IMG/VR virus record: IMGVR_UViG_3300035498_000371
Span: 96,001-160,000 of that record
Direction: 5' to 3' (one strand)
Source of the DNA: a virus
Lineage: Duplodnaviria > Caudoviricetes
Length of the DNA: 64,000 nt
This document shows, piece after piece, positions 27,499 to 37,736 of this stretch; position 1 is the stretch's first letter, and each line of letters opens with the position of its first letter. Under the pieces are notes generated by a model. That model was not told where the DNA came from and did no database searches. It worked only from the letters and a program-made list of their open reading frames with translations. Both the position numbers and the translations under genes were made by a program.

Positions 27499-30288
27499 AT
27501 GGCTTTAGAAGATTTTAAGAACAATAACTCTCCATCAGATAAGAGAAAGTTGTTGGTTAGAATAGCAACTAATGTACTAAATATATATGGAATAGAGTAT
27601 AATATTGCCAGTGGAGATAGAGAAGACTTCATAGATGGTAAAGAGAATAAAAACTTTAATTCCATTTGTCTTTGCTTTAGTCTTGGTAAGAACGTTGGTA
27701 AGGCTTGTAAAGTGGTTAATAGAGAAATTAAGCAGTATGGTGGAAAGTTTAAGCATGATGAGCACGGTATTGGAATTCTCTATCTTAAAGATGATATCGG
27801 GGCAAATGAATTAGATCTACCAGATGTACAAGATGATATTCATTATATATTGGATAATACTCCTGATGATAGAATCTTTCTTACAACTGACTGGCATATC
27901 TTTGGTCATTACTACGGTAAAGGTAGAAATCCTGTCAATATACAGGAAATTGTTTCATGGTGTAAGAAGAATATTAAAGATGAAGATGTTCTTATAAACT
28001 GTGGAGATTTGACTCATAGATATGCTAATAAAGAGCATCAAGAAGAAGCAGCAAAGATTTATAGAAGTCTTCCTGGGATAAAAGTTCTTATTCTTGGTAA
28101 TCATGATATTGCTACCGGGGAAGATTTCTACACTAATTGCGGATTTGATTTTATATTCAAAAGATTGGTTCATAACGGCATAGTTTATAGCCATAGACCA
28201 GAGAATATCGAAGCCGATCCAGAATTATGGTTTAATATTCATGGGCATAAACACGATGTTCAGACTTATAACGTTACTAGTGGAGAAAATAGTGTAAACG
28301 TTTACCCAGCATTCTTCAATAATAAACCAACAACGCTGGATTATGTATTAAATCATAGAGATAAATTGACTAAAGATAACGTACAGGATTTCTGGTCTAA
28401 TTATACAGAGAGTGCATTAAATGAAACGAAGAGATCTGAACTTCCAGATTCTTCATTTGGTATTCCTGAAGATCGAAAGTTTCCATTAGATACAGAGCAG
28501 CATGTAAAATCTGCAATAAAATTATTTGGTCATGCTGAAGAATCCAAGAAGAAACAACTTGCACAAAGAATATCTACAGCCGCAAAAAGATATAATGTAA
28601 AGATCTCTGATACATGCCAGATTAATAAGTACTTAACAGAATCTGTTGAGCATATTATTCCTAAAGATATTGATACTCTTATCTTTGATATGGGTAAAGT
28701 ATTGGTTGGAGATACGACTAAAGATATGCTTACAGCATCTGATATGATTCCTAATGATGAAGTTGAAGGAATTTATAAATCTGTCGGTAAAATTCTCTTC
28801 ACAGATGAATCAGAGAATATGACTAAAGATGAAGCCATGCAGGAGTTCTACAATAAAGCTCCAGAGAAGTATAAGAAATATACTTCTACAATATTCCAGT
28901 GTATTGCTAATGGATTGAAGATTTATTCTTATACTTACGAGCTTCTTGATAAGCTTAAAGGAATGGGTTATAGAATCTATTACTTATCAAACTGGGAAAG
29001 ATGGACTTATGAGATAGAAGAAGATATATTTAAACCATTGCTTGATAAGTTCGATGGAGGATTATTCTCATTTTCTGAAGGCTGTAAAAAACCAGATGCA
29101 GAATTCTATATAAGATTGCTTGATAAGTATTCTTTACAAGCAGAGAGATGCGCTTTCTTTGATGATAAAGCAGAAAATCTTGCTGGAGCAGAATCTGTTG
29201 GTATAAAAGCCGTTCCATTTAATTATGAGAATACTTATAAGATGCTGGTAAGCGATATATCTGTAACTACAGAAGCTGCAGATGTGGCTTACGATAAGAA
29301 CACCATTCTTATCAATAAAGATAATGAATTAACTACGGTGGATATTAAGAATATTCCTCATTGGCACGTATGTGAATCAAGATACCCTGGAGAGATGAAT
29401 GAAGATTGTTATTATAAATCTCTTATTGAAGCAATAGAGAATTGCGGAATAATGGATAATATAGAAGATTCTAAACAAGCTTATGTGTTCATATGCAATG
29501 GTTTAAGACAGGATTGCGATGATTGTTTTCATCCAGTATGTGTTGGTATCATTAACGTAGATTCTAATAAACAATATGAATGGGTTATTCAGTATCCTGT
29601 AACGGTTGAGGGTGGTGTATACAAGAACGTTGTTTCTGCATCTGAATGGGCTATGGCTTCGATGAATCCTATAAAGCCAATTGCTAAACCATTCATATTA
29701 AAAATATCTCCTCAAGATGAGACTATAAGAACCAAGCAGTATTTATTCTCCCCAGATGTAATTGCTGATAAATATTTAGCAATATCTGAAGATGGTAAAT
29801 TATCTGTATTAAATCATAAAGACGTTGAGAATTTATATATTGAAGCCGAGTATAGATTCGTCGGTGATTCTCGTAGAATTAATAAGATTCGTGAGGCTTT
29901 AAAGAGTGGTAAGATTGTAGATAATACATTCTTCTATACTGCTCTTACTGGAAAACCATTACTTACAGAGGATCAGATTGATTTTGATTCTAATTTTGTT
30001 AAGATCGACTTCAGCAGAATGAGGAACAATATCTTATCCAATCTTGCTACAAATGAGTCTAAGTTTAATACTCTAATTGACAGTAATACTAATGGAGTAC
30101 TAATTACTGAAGGTTACAAATATGGATCTCTTAATGATAAATATGGGTTAAGGATTATGTATTCATTGGAAGGTTATTATGTAGAATCTTCTGTTCTTGG
30201 ATATAAGAGCCCATATTTTAATTCTGTTGATGAGATAACAATAGAAGTTGTAGAAACAATGCTAAATAAGAAACTGGAGGTGATGTAA
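27499..30288 (+). CDS. Multidomain protein: metallophosphoesterase / DUF6582-like / HAD phosphatase / unknown domains
   Basis: TDWH, GD, GNHD, SH, HGHKH; LPDSSFGIPEDRKFPL..HVKSAI; IFDMGKVL..KKPD..FFDD; late motif 27464. Confidence 0.8.
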   Translation: MALEDFKNNNSPSDKRKLLVRIATNVLNIYGIEYNIASGDREDFIDGKENKNFNSICLCFSLGKNVGKACKVVNREIKQYGGKFKHDEHGIGILYLKDDIGANELDLPDVQDDIHYILDNTPDDRIFLTTDWHIFGHYYGKGRNPVNIQEIVSWCKKNIKDEDVLINCGDLTHRYANKEHQEEAAKIYRSLPGIKVLILGNHDIATGEDFYTNCGFDFIFKRLVHNGIVYSHRPENIEADPELWFNIHGHKHDVQTYNVTSGENSVNVYPAFFNNKPTTLDYVLNHRDKLTKDNVQDFWSNYTESALNETKRSELPDSSFGIPEDRKFPLDTEQHVKSAIKLFGHAEESKKKQLAQRISTAAKRYNVKISDTCQINKYLTESVEHIIPKDIDTLIFDMGKVLVGDTTKDMLTASDMIPNDEVEGIYKSVGKILFTDESENMTKDEAMQEFYNKAPEKYKKYTSTIFQCIANGLKIYSYTYELLDKLKGMGYRIYYLSNWERWTYEIEEDIFKPLLDKFDGGLFSFSEGCKKPDAEFYIRLLDKYSLQAERCAFFDDKAENLAGAESVGIKAVPFNYENTYKMLVSDISVTTEAADVAYDKNTILINKDNELTTVDIKNIPHWHVCESRYPGEMNEDCYYKSLIEAIENCGIMDNIEDSKQAYVFICNGLRQDCDDCFHPVCVGIINVDSNKQYEWVIQYPVTVEGGVYKNVVSASEWAMASMNPIKPIAKPFILKISPQDETIRTKQYLFSPDVIADKYLAISEDGKLSVLNHKDVENLYIEAEYRFVGDSRRINKIREALKSGKIVDNTFFYTALTGKPLLTEDQIDFDSNFVKIDFSRMRNNILSNLATNESKFNTLIDSNTNGVLITEGYKYGSLNDKYGLRIMYSLEGYYVESSVLGYKSPYFNSVDEITIEVVETMLNKKLEVM

Positions 30289-31775
30289 TGGATAAGAATA
30301 TTCAAGCAATGATAGAATCATTTAAAGAGTCTAATCCATCATCTTCTAAAGATATTAAATTTGTATTTGAAGGATATATTTGCCCTTACTTTACAATGGA
30401 TGAAGTTGCTCAACTTGAGGGCTATTATTCTGATAATGTAAACAAAGAGTATAGAGCTCTATATGAGCATATCGCTTGTCATGATACAAACTTTGGTAAA
30501 TCATGGGCTTCTAAAGTTGTAGAATTACAGAATCAGCTTAAAGTTGTTACAGAGCCAGAGCATATTGATCAGATTAAGCAGGAGCTTATAGATCTTGGTT
30601 GGAATCCTGAAATTGAGTATACTGCGGAGAATCAGATTAAAGCCAAGAAGAGATATGAAAATATATTAAACGAGAGGTACAATAGGTTTAATATTGTGGA
30701 TTGTACTAATATAAATATTTCTGATGTATTGGAAGAATCAAATGAATATGGAATTCTATATCCAATACATATTGTCTTGGTTAAAGGAGATCATCTTATA
30801 TCCAACGTTATTACTAAAGTAACAAATGGGGATTTCTCTCATTCTGGTTTGGCGTTGGATAATGATCTTAATAAGATTTACAGCTTTAACTTTGATAACA
30901 AATTCAATACTGGCGGTGGATTCTCTTTAGAGTCTATAAAAGAATATCCTAAAAATAATAGGCTTGCTGTTTACACAGTATTCGTTACTAAGCAGGCTTA
31001 CGACAAGGTATCAGAAAATCTTCAAAACTTCATGAATAATATAAAGAAGACTGGATATTCTATAGTAAATCTTGTTACGTTTCCATTTAAGAATATCAAG
31101 ATCAATATGAGTGACAATATGATTTGCTCTCAGTTTGTTGATTATATTCTTAATATAGCAAACGTTAATATAACAAAGGATGATGCTTCTAAGGTTTCTC
31201 CTAACGGATTATACTTTGCTATAAAATCAAATCCTAAAGCATATAAAGTCTTTGACGGTGAAGTAAAAGACTTTGATGCTAAGAAAATAAATAAGACTGT
31301 TAAGAAGATTTCTAAAACAGCTTCCCCAGCTAACGAAATACAGCAGTTGGAGCAAGCAATATTTGAAGCCAGAAAGATTCCAGTCGAAATTAATGCAGAT
31401 GGTGACGTATTACTCACAAATCCGTTTCCTGACTACTCTGCTGAATATTTCGCTTCTCATAAATTACTGCTTAATTATGAGAAGACTGGAAATATTGAAG
31501 GGATGAAATACGAGCTTGCTAGGCTCTATTATATGAATTATATTATAGAGAAGAAATTATATCATAATAAGAATCTTAAGAATAAGCAGGAGAACATCAA
31601 GACCAGAGCTAGAATTCTTAATGATTTCAATAAATATCTTAAATACGTTCTTTCTAAGGATAAGAATTTTAATTTCTCTGAGTATTATGAGGGTTCACCT
31701 TTCTATGCCCATACAATAGAAATTAAATCATCAACCATAGGCAAGATCAAAGATATTATAAGTTATATATTATAA
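30288..31775 (+). CDS. Protein with inserted permuted papain-like (YiiX/NlpC-P60-like) domain
   Basis: ITKVTNGDFSHSGL..GYS..MICSQFV..VSP. Confidence 0.7.
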   Translation: MDKNIQAMIESFKESNPSSSKDIKFVFEGYICPYFTMDEVAQLEGYYSDNVNKEYRALYEHIACHDTNFGKSWASKVVELQNQLKVVTEPEHIDQIKQELIDLGWNPEIEYTAENQIKAKKRYENILNERYNRFNIVDCTNINISDVLEESNEYGILYPIHIVLVKGDHLISNVITKVTNGDFSHSGLALDNDLNKIYSFNFDNKFNTGGGFSLESIKEYPKNNRLAVYTVFVTKQAYDKVSENLQNFMNNIKKTGYSIVNLVTFPFKNIKINMSDNMICSQFVDYILNIANVNITKDDASKVSPNGLYFAIKSNPKAYKVFDGEVKDFDAKKINKTVKKISKTASPANEIQQLEQAIFEARKIPVEINADGDVLLTNPFPDYSAEYFASHKLLLNYEKTGNIEGMKYELARLYYMNYIIEKKLYHNKNLKNKQENIKTRARILNDFNKYLKYVLSKDKNFNFSEYYEGSPFYAHTIEIKSSTIGKIKDIISYIL

Positions 31776-31880
31776 AACAAACGAGGAGCCCCATAGTCTT
31801 TCGACTATGGGGTTGAACTCGCGGAAGAACGATAAGTGTTTTGAAAGTAGTCATTTATGACTTATGGCAGTTTATCTTTA
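31772..31880 (-). ncRNA. Candidate ~105-nt small RNA
   Basis: Minus-oriented terminator (CCCCATAGTC-GAAA-GACTATGGGG..TTTGTTTT) between two + genes; near-late motif upstream. Confidence 0.4.
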
Positions 31881-31947
31881 CTTATTATGTTATCAAATTA
31901 AATCTGTTGTACCATTTAAGTAAGGAAATTTAAGGAGGAATAAGCGA

Positions 31948-32871
31948 ATGAACGGAATTAAAGTGTATAAGTATGAAGGCGATGAATTACAGACTTATAG
32001 AATTATAAAATCTAAAGAAGATAATGTCTATCTTCAGTCTTTGGATAAAAAAGGAAAGCTTGAAGTTGTAACAAATGACCAATTAAATAGCCAATATGTA
32101 CAGCTCACTCCAGATGCGTTTATGAATATCATGTCTACAACCTCTAAAGGACCTAACGGAGACGATATTAAAGATGTATTTGTTTGTATCCATAAATCAG
32201 CAGAAATGCTAAAGAATCCAGATCCGCATATGGTTATAAGACAGAATTGCCTTAGTAATTCTAAAGGCGGTTTCGTAAACACTATGGATGTTTATGTAGG
32301 AGATTGTTATCGTGATGATGCTCTTATGGCTGGAACCACAATGAGAGATATTATGGAGTTCGATAAGATTGAGAATACATTCTCTGTAGGTTTATACGTA
32401 GATGATACAATGACCACAATTTTTAAATGTATTCCACAAGAAATCGATAAGAAGTTTGCTGATATATTGAAAGGCATCAAGGCATCAAATAAGAGTAAGA
32501 TGGTTAAAGGCTTTAGCCTTACATTGACGGAGCTCTTAAATGATAATAATTTCATGCTCAATTATAGAGCGTTGTTTAATATCCTACAGGTTGACTTTCC
32601 TATAGTTATAGATGAAAGATCAACTAATCATGAGGGTAATATTGTACTCAATAAGAAGCAGCAGAAAAAGCTTGAAGACGCTATAGGACAATATATCAAG
32701 GTTATAGCTGTAATCAAGTATGATAGAGATATCGATATAGCAAAGATCGTATCTTATAATCACATTATGATTTCAGATAAATCTGGTATTATTTATCTTA
32801 TAGCTTACCAGAAGATTGGAGATTATAAAGTAGATAACGATATTGCCGATGCTTTAGGGATCACGCAGTAA
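31948..32871 (+). CDS. Hypothetical protein
   Basis: RBS AAGGAGG; late-like ACCA-TTTAAG-TAA 31911. Confidence 0.75.
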   Translation: MNGIKVYKYEGDELQTYRIIKSKEDNVYLQSLDKKGKLEVVTNDQLNSQYVQLTPDAFMNIMSTTSKGPNGDDIKDVFVCIHKSAEMLKNPDPHMVIRQNCLSNSKGGFVNTMDVYVGDCYRDDALMAGTTMRDIMEFDKIENTFSVGLYVDDTMTTIFKCIPQEIDKKFADILKGIKASNKSKMVKGFSLTLTELLNDNNFMLNYRALFNILQVDFPIVIDERSTNHEGNIVLNKKQQKKLEDAIGQYIKVIAVIKYDRDIDIAKIVSYNHIMISDKSGIIYLIAYQKIGDYKVDNDIADALGITQ

Positions 32872-32980
32872 TGTGTAATTTTATAATTTACCAAACAGAT
32901 TTATAATTATATATCATTACTATGATATGAGCAAGGAAACTTGTTTATATAAAAAATATTTTATAAGGAGGAACACCGAT

Positions 32981-33838
32981 ATGGGTACCTTAAAAAACGT
33001 AACAACTTCAGCAGAGACTGAAGAGCAGAACACACAGGCAACAGAACAGCAGCAGGAGAAGATGGTAGGTTCTATCCCTGCAAATTCGGCTTTCGAGTTT
33101 GAGCCGACACCGTTTGAATCTTTCGGTAATATTACGAGGATTACAAACAAAGAGCTTTGCGAGATCATCAAAGCAAAGTTCGGAGCTACATTCCATGATC
33201 TCAGGGGTGTAATGATTCATTTCGTCAATGGTCAGTGGATTACAGAAATGTATTTCGAGGAGAACGCAGATCAGATCAAGCCAGGACAGATTAAGAATTT
33301 GGTAAGCCTTACAACAGGAAACACCAAAAACGATAAGTCTTTCCTTCCGGGTCAGCAGCGTATCTACAGCAAGCTTAATGGCAAGCTGTATACGATCAAT
33401 GATGAAACAAAGTTACTTCTTTCAGACTTCATGTATGGTGGTCGCAAGGCTAACAACGTGAATGATAGAAAGAAATGGGATCAGAATATTCATCCGATTG
33501 ATATCGGTATGAGGGCTGGATATGGACAGCATCCGTTCTATCCGACCAACGCACATCAGGTATTCATCCAGGTCACGGGACTTGATTTGCGTAAGTTGTT
33601 AAGAGATGCAGTATTTGGACCAAGCATGGTGACAAAGACCGTAACAAATGGCGATGGTACAATGGGCAACGTAGTAAGCAAAGCTTTCTATGAGCCGAGA
33701 TACATTAAGCCACTTCCTGGCGTAAACGAAGTATTCGTAATGAATATCGAGCAGTTCGACAAGGATGCCGTTGAGAAATACGTAGCGATCGAGAATCCTA
33801 TGGTCTATGCAGCGCCGAATGGCGTAAGGTTCTTCTAA
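32981..33838 (+). CDS. Hypothetical protein, codon usage suggests high expression
   Basis: RBS AAGGAGG; TTC/AAC/ATC-rich; long terminator 33855-33902. Confidence 0.75.
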   Translation: MGTLKNVTTSAETEEQNTQATEQQQEKMVGSIPANSAFEFEPTPFESFGNITRITNKELCEIIKAKFGATFHDLRGVMIHFVNGQWITEMYFEENADQIKPGQIKNLVSLTTGNTKNDKSFLPGQQRIYSKLNGKLYTINDETKLLLSDFMYGGRKANNVNDRKKWDQNIHPIDIGMRAGYGQHPFYPTNAHQVFIQVTGLDLRKLLRDAVFGPSMVTKTVTNGDGTMGNVVSKAFYEPRYIKPLPGVNEVFVMNIEQFDKDAVEKYVAIENPMVYAAPNGVRFF

Positions 33839-33932
33839 AGAACAATTCGTAAGAACCAAGTTGCTGGGATGAGCAATAATGCTCATCCTGGCGTTGGTTT
33901 TTATAAAATTTTTTAATGGAGGCAAATATATT

Positions 33933-34112
33933 ATGAGCGTAATAATATCATTAACATTTTCTGGAATTGCTTTAATTATTGACGTATTAGTATTAGTTAA
34001 ATTAGTTAAAGCAACTAAAGCATTAGAAGATATCAAAGACTGTTATATTGACGTTAATATGGATACTTTAATGAGAGATAATGAAGATCCATTTATTGAC
34101 CCTACTAAGTAA
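33933..34112 (+). CDS. Small membrane protein
   Basis: RBS GGAGG; N-terminal hydrophobic helix. Confidence 0.55.
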   Translation: MSVIISLTFSGIALIIDVLVLVKLVKATKALEDIKDCYIDVNMDTLMRDNEDPFIDPTK

Positions 34113-34180
34113 TATAATTTAACAAATTAGATTACTTATTAGTAAAATATTATATCCCAATTTTAAGGAGGAACGAAGCG

Positions 34181-34564
34181 ATGGCAAGAAACAATGGAAA
34201 TAGTGATGATTTTTCTTATGAGGTTAACGGAGATTTTGACTTCGTATTAGAGGAAGGGCAGAATTCTTCTGTAAGATTAAGAAAGATATCATGGAATGGC
34301 AGACCTGAGAAAGTAGACATAAGAAAATATGCATATGAAGAAGGTAAAGAGAAAATGCTTAAAGGTATTTCTTTATCTGATGATGCCGTAGATGAAATGA
34401 CTGGAGTATTGGTCGAAAACGGCTATGGAGATACAAAGAGAATTCTTCGTGGGTTAAGCGAGCGCACAGAGTTCCAGGATTCGCTCGATACAATGAACGA
34501 AGATGATGATTTAGACGACGATGGGTCGGAAGAATACTATGATCCTTCGGAGTTGCTAGGTTAA
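34181..34564 (+). CDS. PC4/YdbC-like ssDNA-binding protein with acidic tail
   Basis: LRKISWNGRPEKVDIRKY..KGISLS. Confidence 0.75.
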   Translation: MARNNGNSDDFSYEVNGDFDFVLEEGQNSSVRLRKISWNGRPEKVDIRKYAYEEGKEKMLKGISLSDDAVDEMTGVLVENGYGDTKRILRGLSERTEFQDSLDTMNEDDDLDDDGSEEYYDPSELLG

Positions 34565-34577
34565 GGAGGAAACTAAA

Positions 34578-34940
34578 ATGCTTGGAAGAGATACAATTCC
34601 CAAAAGCAGTCCGATTAAAATCGAGCCAGTGTATGACACTGGCTCTCCTGTAAAGGAGAATTTAATTATTGCATCAGATGCCGTAACTACAACTGAGGAG
34701 ATTAAAACTTTTACTGAAAGCAATAGTGCATTCAATGATGTAATAGTGACAGCGCCTGCAAAAGAAGAACTTAAGGATACTGGAACCATAAATATAGGTG
34801 ATAAATCTGGTGGTTTAGATATCAGTACCGCTACAGATTGTATGATTTGTGGTAATGCATTCATGCAGGATTGGCAGCATAAAGAATACAATACATGCCC
34901 TAAATGCAGGGAGAAGATTAAAAATCTTATAGGAGTGTGA
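34578..34940 (+). CDS. Hypothetical protein with C-terminal Zn ribbon
   Basis: CMICG..CPKC. Confidence 0.65.
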   Translation: MLGRDTIPKSSPIKIEPVYDTGSPVKENLIIASDAVTTTEEIKTFTESNSAFNDVIVTAPAKEELKDTGTINIGDKSGGLDISTATDCMICGNAFMQDWQHKEYNTCPKCREKIKNLIGV

Positions 34941-34945
34941 TAGGT

Positions 34946-36007
34946 ATGGCGCAAGATTATAGAGTAAACTTAGAGGGTTTATTATACAGCCATTATATAA
35001 AGTATGATAAGCTTACTGAGTTACTCAACTCTATACCTGACAATATAGAATCTGATAAGGTAGATATCTATATTGACGTTTATGATATGCTTAAAGCGAT
35101 GTATACTAGAAATATCTATGCTGAAAAGCAATATCTAATCGTATCGGCTGTAATTAATATTGCAGCACATATGCGAGGTTATTTTTGGACAAGGTTCGGA
35201 ATGCTTACAAGAATATATCTTGTATATGGAGAAGACTTAACGATGAACCATAAGCAGTTTTATCCGACTTTTGGTGATGAGAAATTTAAAGAAACGTTGG
35301 ATTATGATAAGAATAATGCAGTCGTTACCACTCAGCTTGAGATGGTAAGACTTCTTTGTGCTTATATAAACGGAGTATACTTTATAAAGAGATCAACAAA
35401 CTTTGCGATGTTTACTTACGATAATATCATGAAGAATAGAGAGATCCCGTCCATTATAATATCAAAGTCTAAATATGCTTACCAATTACCAGCGTTATTT
35501 AATAACGTTTATCTCTTAAGACCCCAGAAGGGTAATGGAGAAGATGTATCATATTTAATCTATCATAATATAGCGATAACTAAATTTTTTAGTAAGAGTA
35601 TAAATCAGAAGACTATAGAGAATTTAGTTAAGATCAATCCTGAACTATTGAGTGTTCTCATTGCTCTTACAGGATTTCCATCTTATAATATGAAAACAGT
35701 TTGTAATATTACAGTAGCATCTAGAATGCTTGCAGATGCTGTAACAAGCGGTAGGATTATTAATCGTTATAATACTGATATAGATTATGTGTATAATGCA
35801 TTAGAAGGATTAGATAAATATATCGATCCTGTTACATTTAAATACCGATTCAATGCAGTGGATTTAGTATTCCAGCATAGGATTTATAATTCATCTGCAG
35901 AGGCAAGAGACATAACGTGGATAGTAGATCTTGAAAATAAGTTTGAAGTCCAGAGGATTAACAATCAGTATTTCATTGATAATCCTTTAGATTTAAATAA
36001 TCTTTAG
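34946..36007 (+). CDS. PIN/5'-3' exonuclease-like fold protein (possibly inactive)
   Basis: DIYIDVYDML strand, NIAAHMR.YF, IALTG H3TH-like; acidic active-site set looks incomplete. Confidence 0.45.
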   Translation: MAQDYRVNLEGLLYSHYIKYDKLTELLNSIPDNIESDKVDIYIDVYDMLKAMYTRNIYAEKQYLIVSAVINIAAHMRGYFWTRFGMLTRIYLVYGEDLTMNHKQFYPTFGDEKFKETLDYDKNNAVVTTQLEMVRLLCAYINGVYFIKRSTNFAMFTYDNIMKNREIPSIIISKSKYAYQLPALFNNVYLLRPQKGNGEDVSYLIYHNIAITKFFSKSINQKTIENLVKINPELLSVLIALTGFPSYNMKTVCNITVASRMLADAVTSGRIINRYNTDIDYVYNALEGLDKYIDPVTFKYRFNAVDLVFQHRIYNSSAEARDITWIVDLENKFEVQRINNQYFIDNPLDLNNL

Positions 36008-36024
36008 AAGGGAGAAATGCATTT

Positions 36025-36339
36025 ATGGTTAAATTTAAATATAAGATAGACAATGGCTTATTACCATTGGTTCAGAATCTTATAATCGATTTCTATGACA
36101 ATACGTTCACAGGATATCTTCCTGAGGGATTATCTGGTCAGATGCAACATTGTACGTTATTTATTGTATGCGAGTTTGAAGAGATTAATTCGACTCAGGT
36201 TTATAAGAATCCTATAGTAGTAGTGGCAAGGAATGATGGGCAAGCAGTTCAAATCTATCAGGAGGTTACCGGAAATATAGGTTTCGTTCTGCATAGAATT
36301 TCTGAAGACTGCTCAAAGATCAAAGTTGAAGTAGAATAA
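36025..36339 (+). CDS. Hypothetical protein
   Basis: ORF with RBS in operon. Confidence 0.7.
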   Translation: MVKFKYKIDNGLLPLVQNLIIDFYDNTFTGYLPEGLSGQMQHCTLFIVCEFEEINSTQVYKNPIVVVARNDGQAVQIYQEVTGNIGFVLHRISEDCSKIKVEVE

Positions 36340-36353
36340 ATGGAGGAAGAATA

Positions 36354-36938
36354 ATGACAACCAATTATTTAGTTACACAACAAACAAACCTTATTACGTT
36401 TGATGATATCAATATTACATGCTTTCTTAAGAGAACAGAAGAAGAACAGAAGACTGGAGAATCTTATACAGTATTTAAGAAGATTTCTAATCTTGCAGCA
36501 TTAACAAACGAGAACAATTTTTTTAATATTGCTTCCATTGTGTCTTCTGTAGAGATTGCTTGTACATTGCCTGACGGGGCTAATATCAATACAAAAGATT
36601 CTGAAAGCTTGGATAAAGCATTTGGTCTTATGTATAAGAAGGTATCAGATGAGGATAATAAGTTCTATATTGAGATTCTTATCGAAAGCGATATTGCTGC
36701 AGCAAGCAATATATTCAATGAGAGGATTAAATCATATGAAGATGTAGATGAGAAATCTGTTTCTGTATTCCAGATCGGCTCTATCATGAAGACTGATGCT
36801 AATGAAGAGTTTCTCAATAATAAGAAATTTAGTATCTTAATCAAAGAGCAGAAGATTTCTAACCTCTTCATCAAGAAAGGCTTAGACTCATTCAAAGAGT
36901 TCAACAGAAAAGTCTACGGCTGTGTATTGGAGGGTTAA
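36354..36938 (+). CDS. Hypothetical protein
   Basis: ORF with RBS in operon. Confidence 0.7.
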   Translation: MTTNYLVTQQTNLITFDDINITCFLKRTEEEQKTGESYTVFKKISNLAALTNENNFFNIASIVSSVEIACTLPDGANINTKDSESLDKAFGLMYKKVSDEDNKFYIEILIESDIAAASNIFNERIKSYEDVDEKSVSVFQIGSIMKTDANEEFLNNKKFSILIKEQKISNLFIKKGLDSFKEFNRKVYGCVLEG

Positions 36939-36940
36939 TT

Positions 36941-37378
36941 ATGACTGATGCAGAAATGGAAGAACAGAAGAAAGCAGCTAAGTTTGTATTAGACTGTGAG
37001 TTATGTGGAATAAATATTATATCTGCAGACGAATGCGGCTCTGGTATATTAGATCGTTATCTTACGGTGAAATTTACCATACCAGAAAACTTTTCAGTTG
37101 ATACCAAAATCTTAGAAGAAAGTTTTGGCCATGCAATTGCTGCTCCAATGCAATTAAGTCAGCAAGATCTTATAGATCACGTCAAGAATTACTTTTATGA
37201 GACAATTGCAGATGATAATGGTACTATTGACGAGAACGATAAGAAATTCTTTAAGTTCTTATGTAAAGTTCGTGAGGGAGAAACATGGACTGCAGAATCT
37301 CTTATAAATAAATTAAAAGAACTTGAAGAGAAGGAAAAACAAATACGGGAAGCTGCAGAAGGTTGGAAGGATGTGTAA
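36941..37378 (+). CDS. Hypothetical protein
   Basis: ORF with RBS in operon. Confidence 0.7.
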   Translation: MTDAEMEEQKKAAKFVLDCELCGINIISADECGSGILDRYLTVKFTIPENFSVDTKILEESFGHAIAAPMQLSQQDLIDHVKNYFYETIADDNGTIDENDKKFFKFLCKVREGETWTAESLINKLKELEEKEKQIREAAEGWKDV

Positions 37379-37381
37379 TAT

Positions 37382-37648
37382 ATGAATGAGATAATTGAAA
37401 AGAAATCATGGGAAGAGTTTCGTGATAACGGCTTCATATGGTTTGTAAACACTCTTTTGCATATATTTGGTTGGTGCCTTGTGGTGGAGATGGGCGACGA
37501 AACAGATAAGACTAAAATTACATCAGTTTACCCAGCAAGAACCAAATTTAGAGGATTCAATGAAAAGTCTAATGAGGCAGGTTATATTAAACTCAGTCAA
37601 TATATGAAAGAGAATGCTGAAAAGCTATTAGAGGAAGCTAAGGATTGA
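37382..37648 (+). CDS. Small phage hypothetical protein
   Basis: WEEFRDNGFIWFVNTLLHIFGW; hairpin 37655-37680. Confidence 0.7.
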   Translation: MNEIIEKKSWEEFRDNGFIWFVNTLLHIFGWCLVVEMGDETDKTKITSVYPARTKFRGFNEKSNEAGYIKLSQYMKENAEKLLEEAKD

Positions 37649-37736
37649 TAATGTACGCTAGAGGAATTTTCCTCTAGCGTTGCATTTTTTGATCATATAT
37701 TATATCTTAAATAAATTGAAGGAGGTTATAATTTTA

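Noticed and set aside
31786-31815. Resemblance to an IS200/IS605 end hairpin
   Set aside because: No TnpA/TnpB and no partner end nearby
31756-31854. 32-aa minus-strand ORF (MTTFKTLIVL..)
   Set aside because: No RBS and it runs through the terminator hairpin
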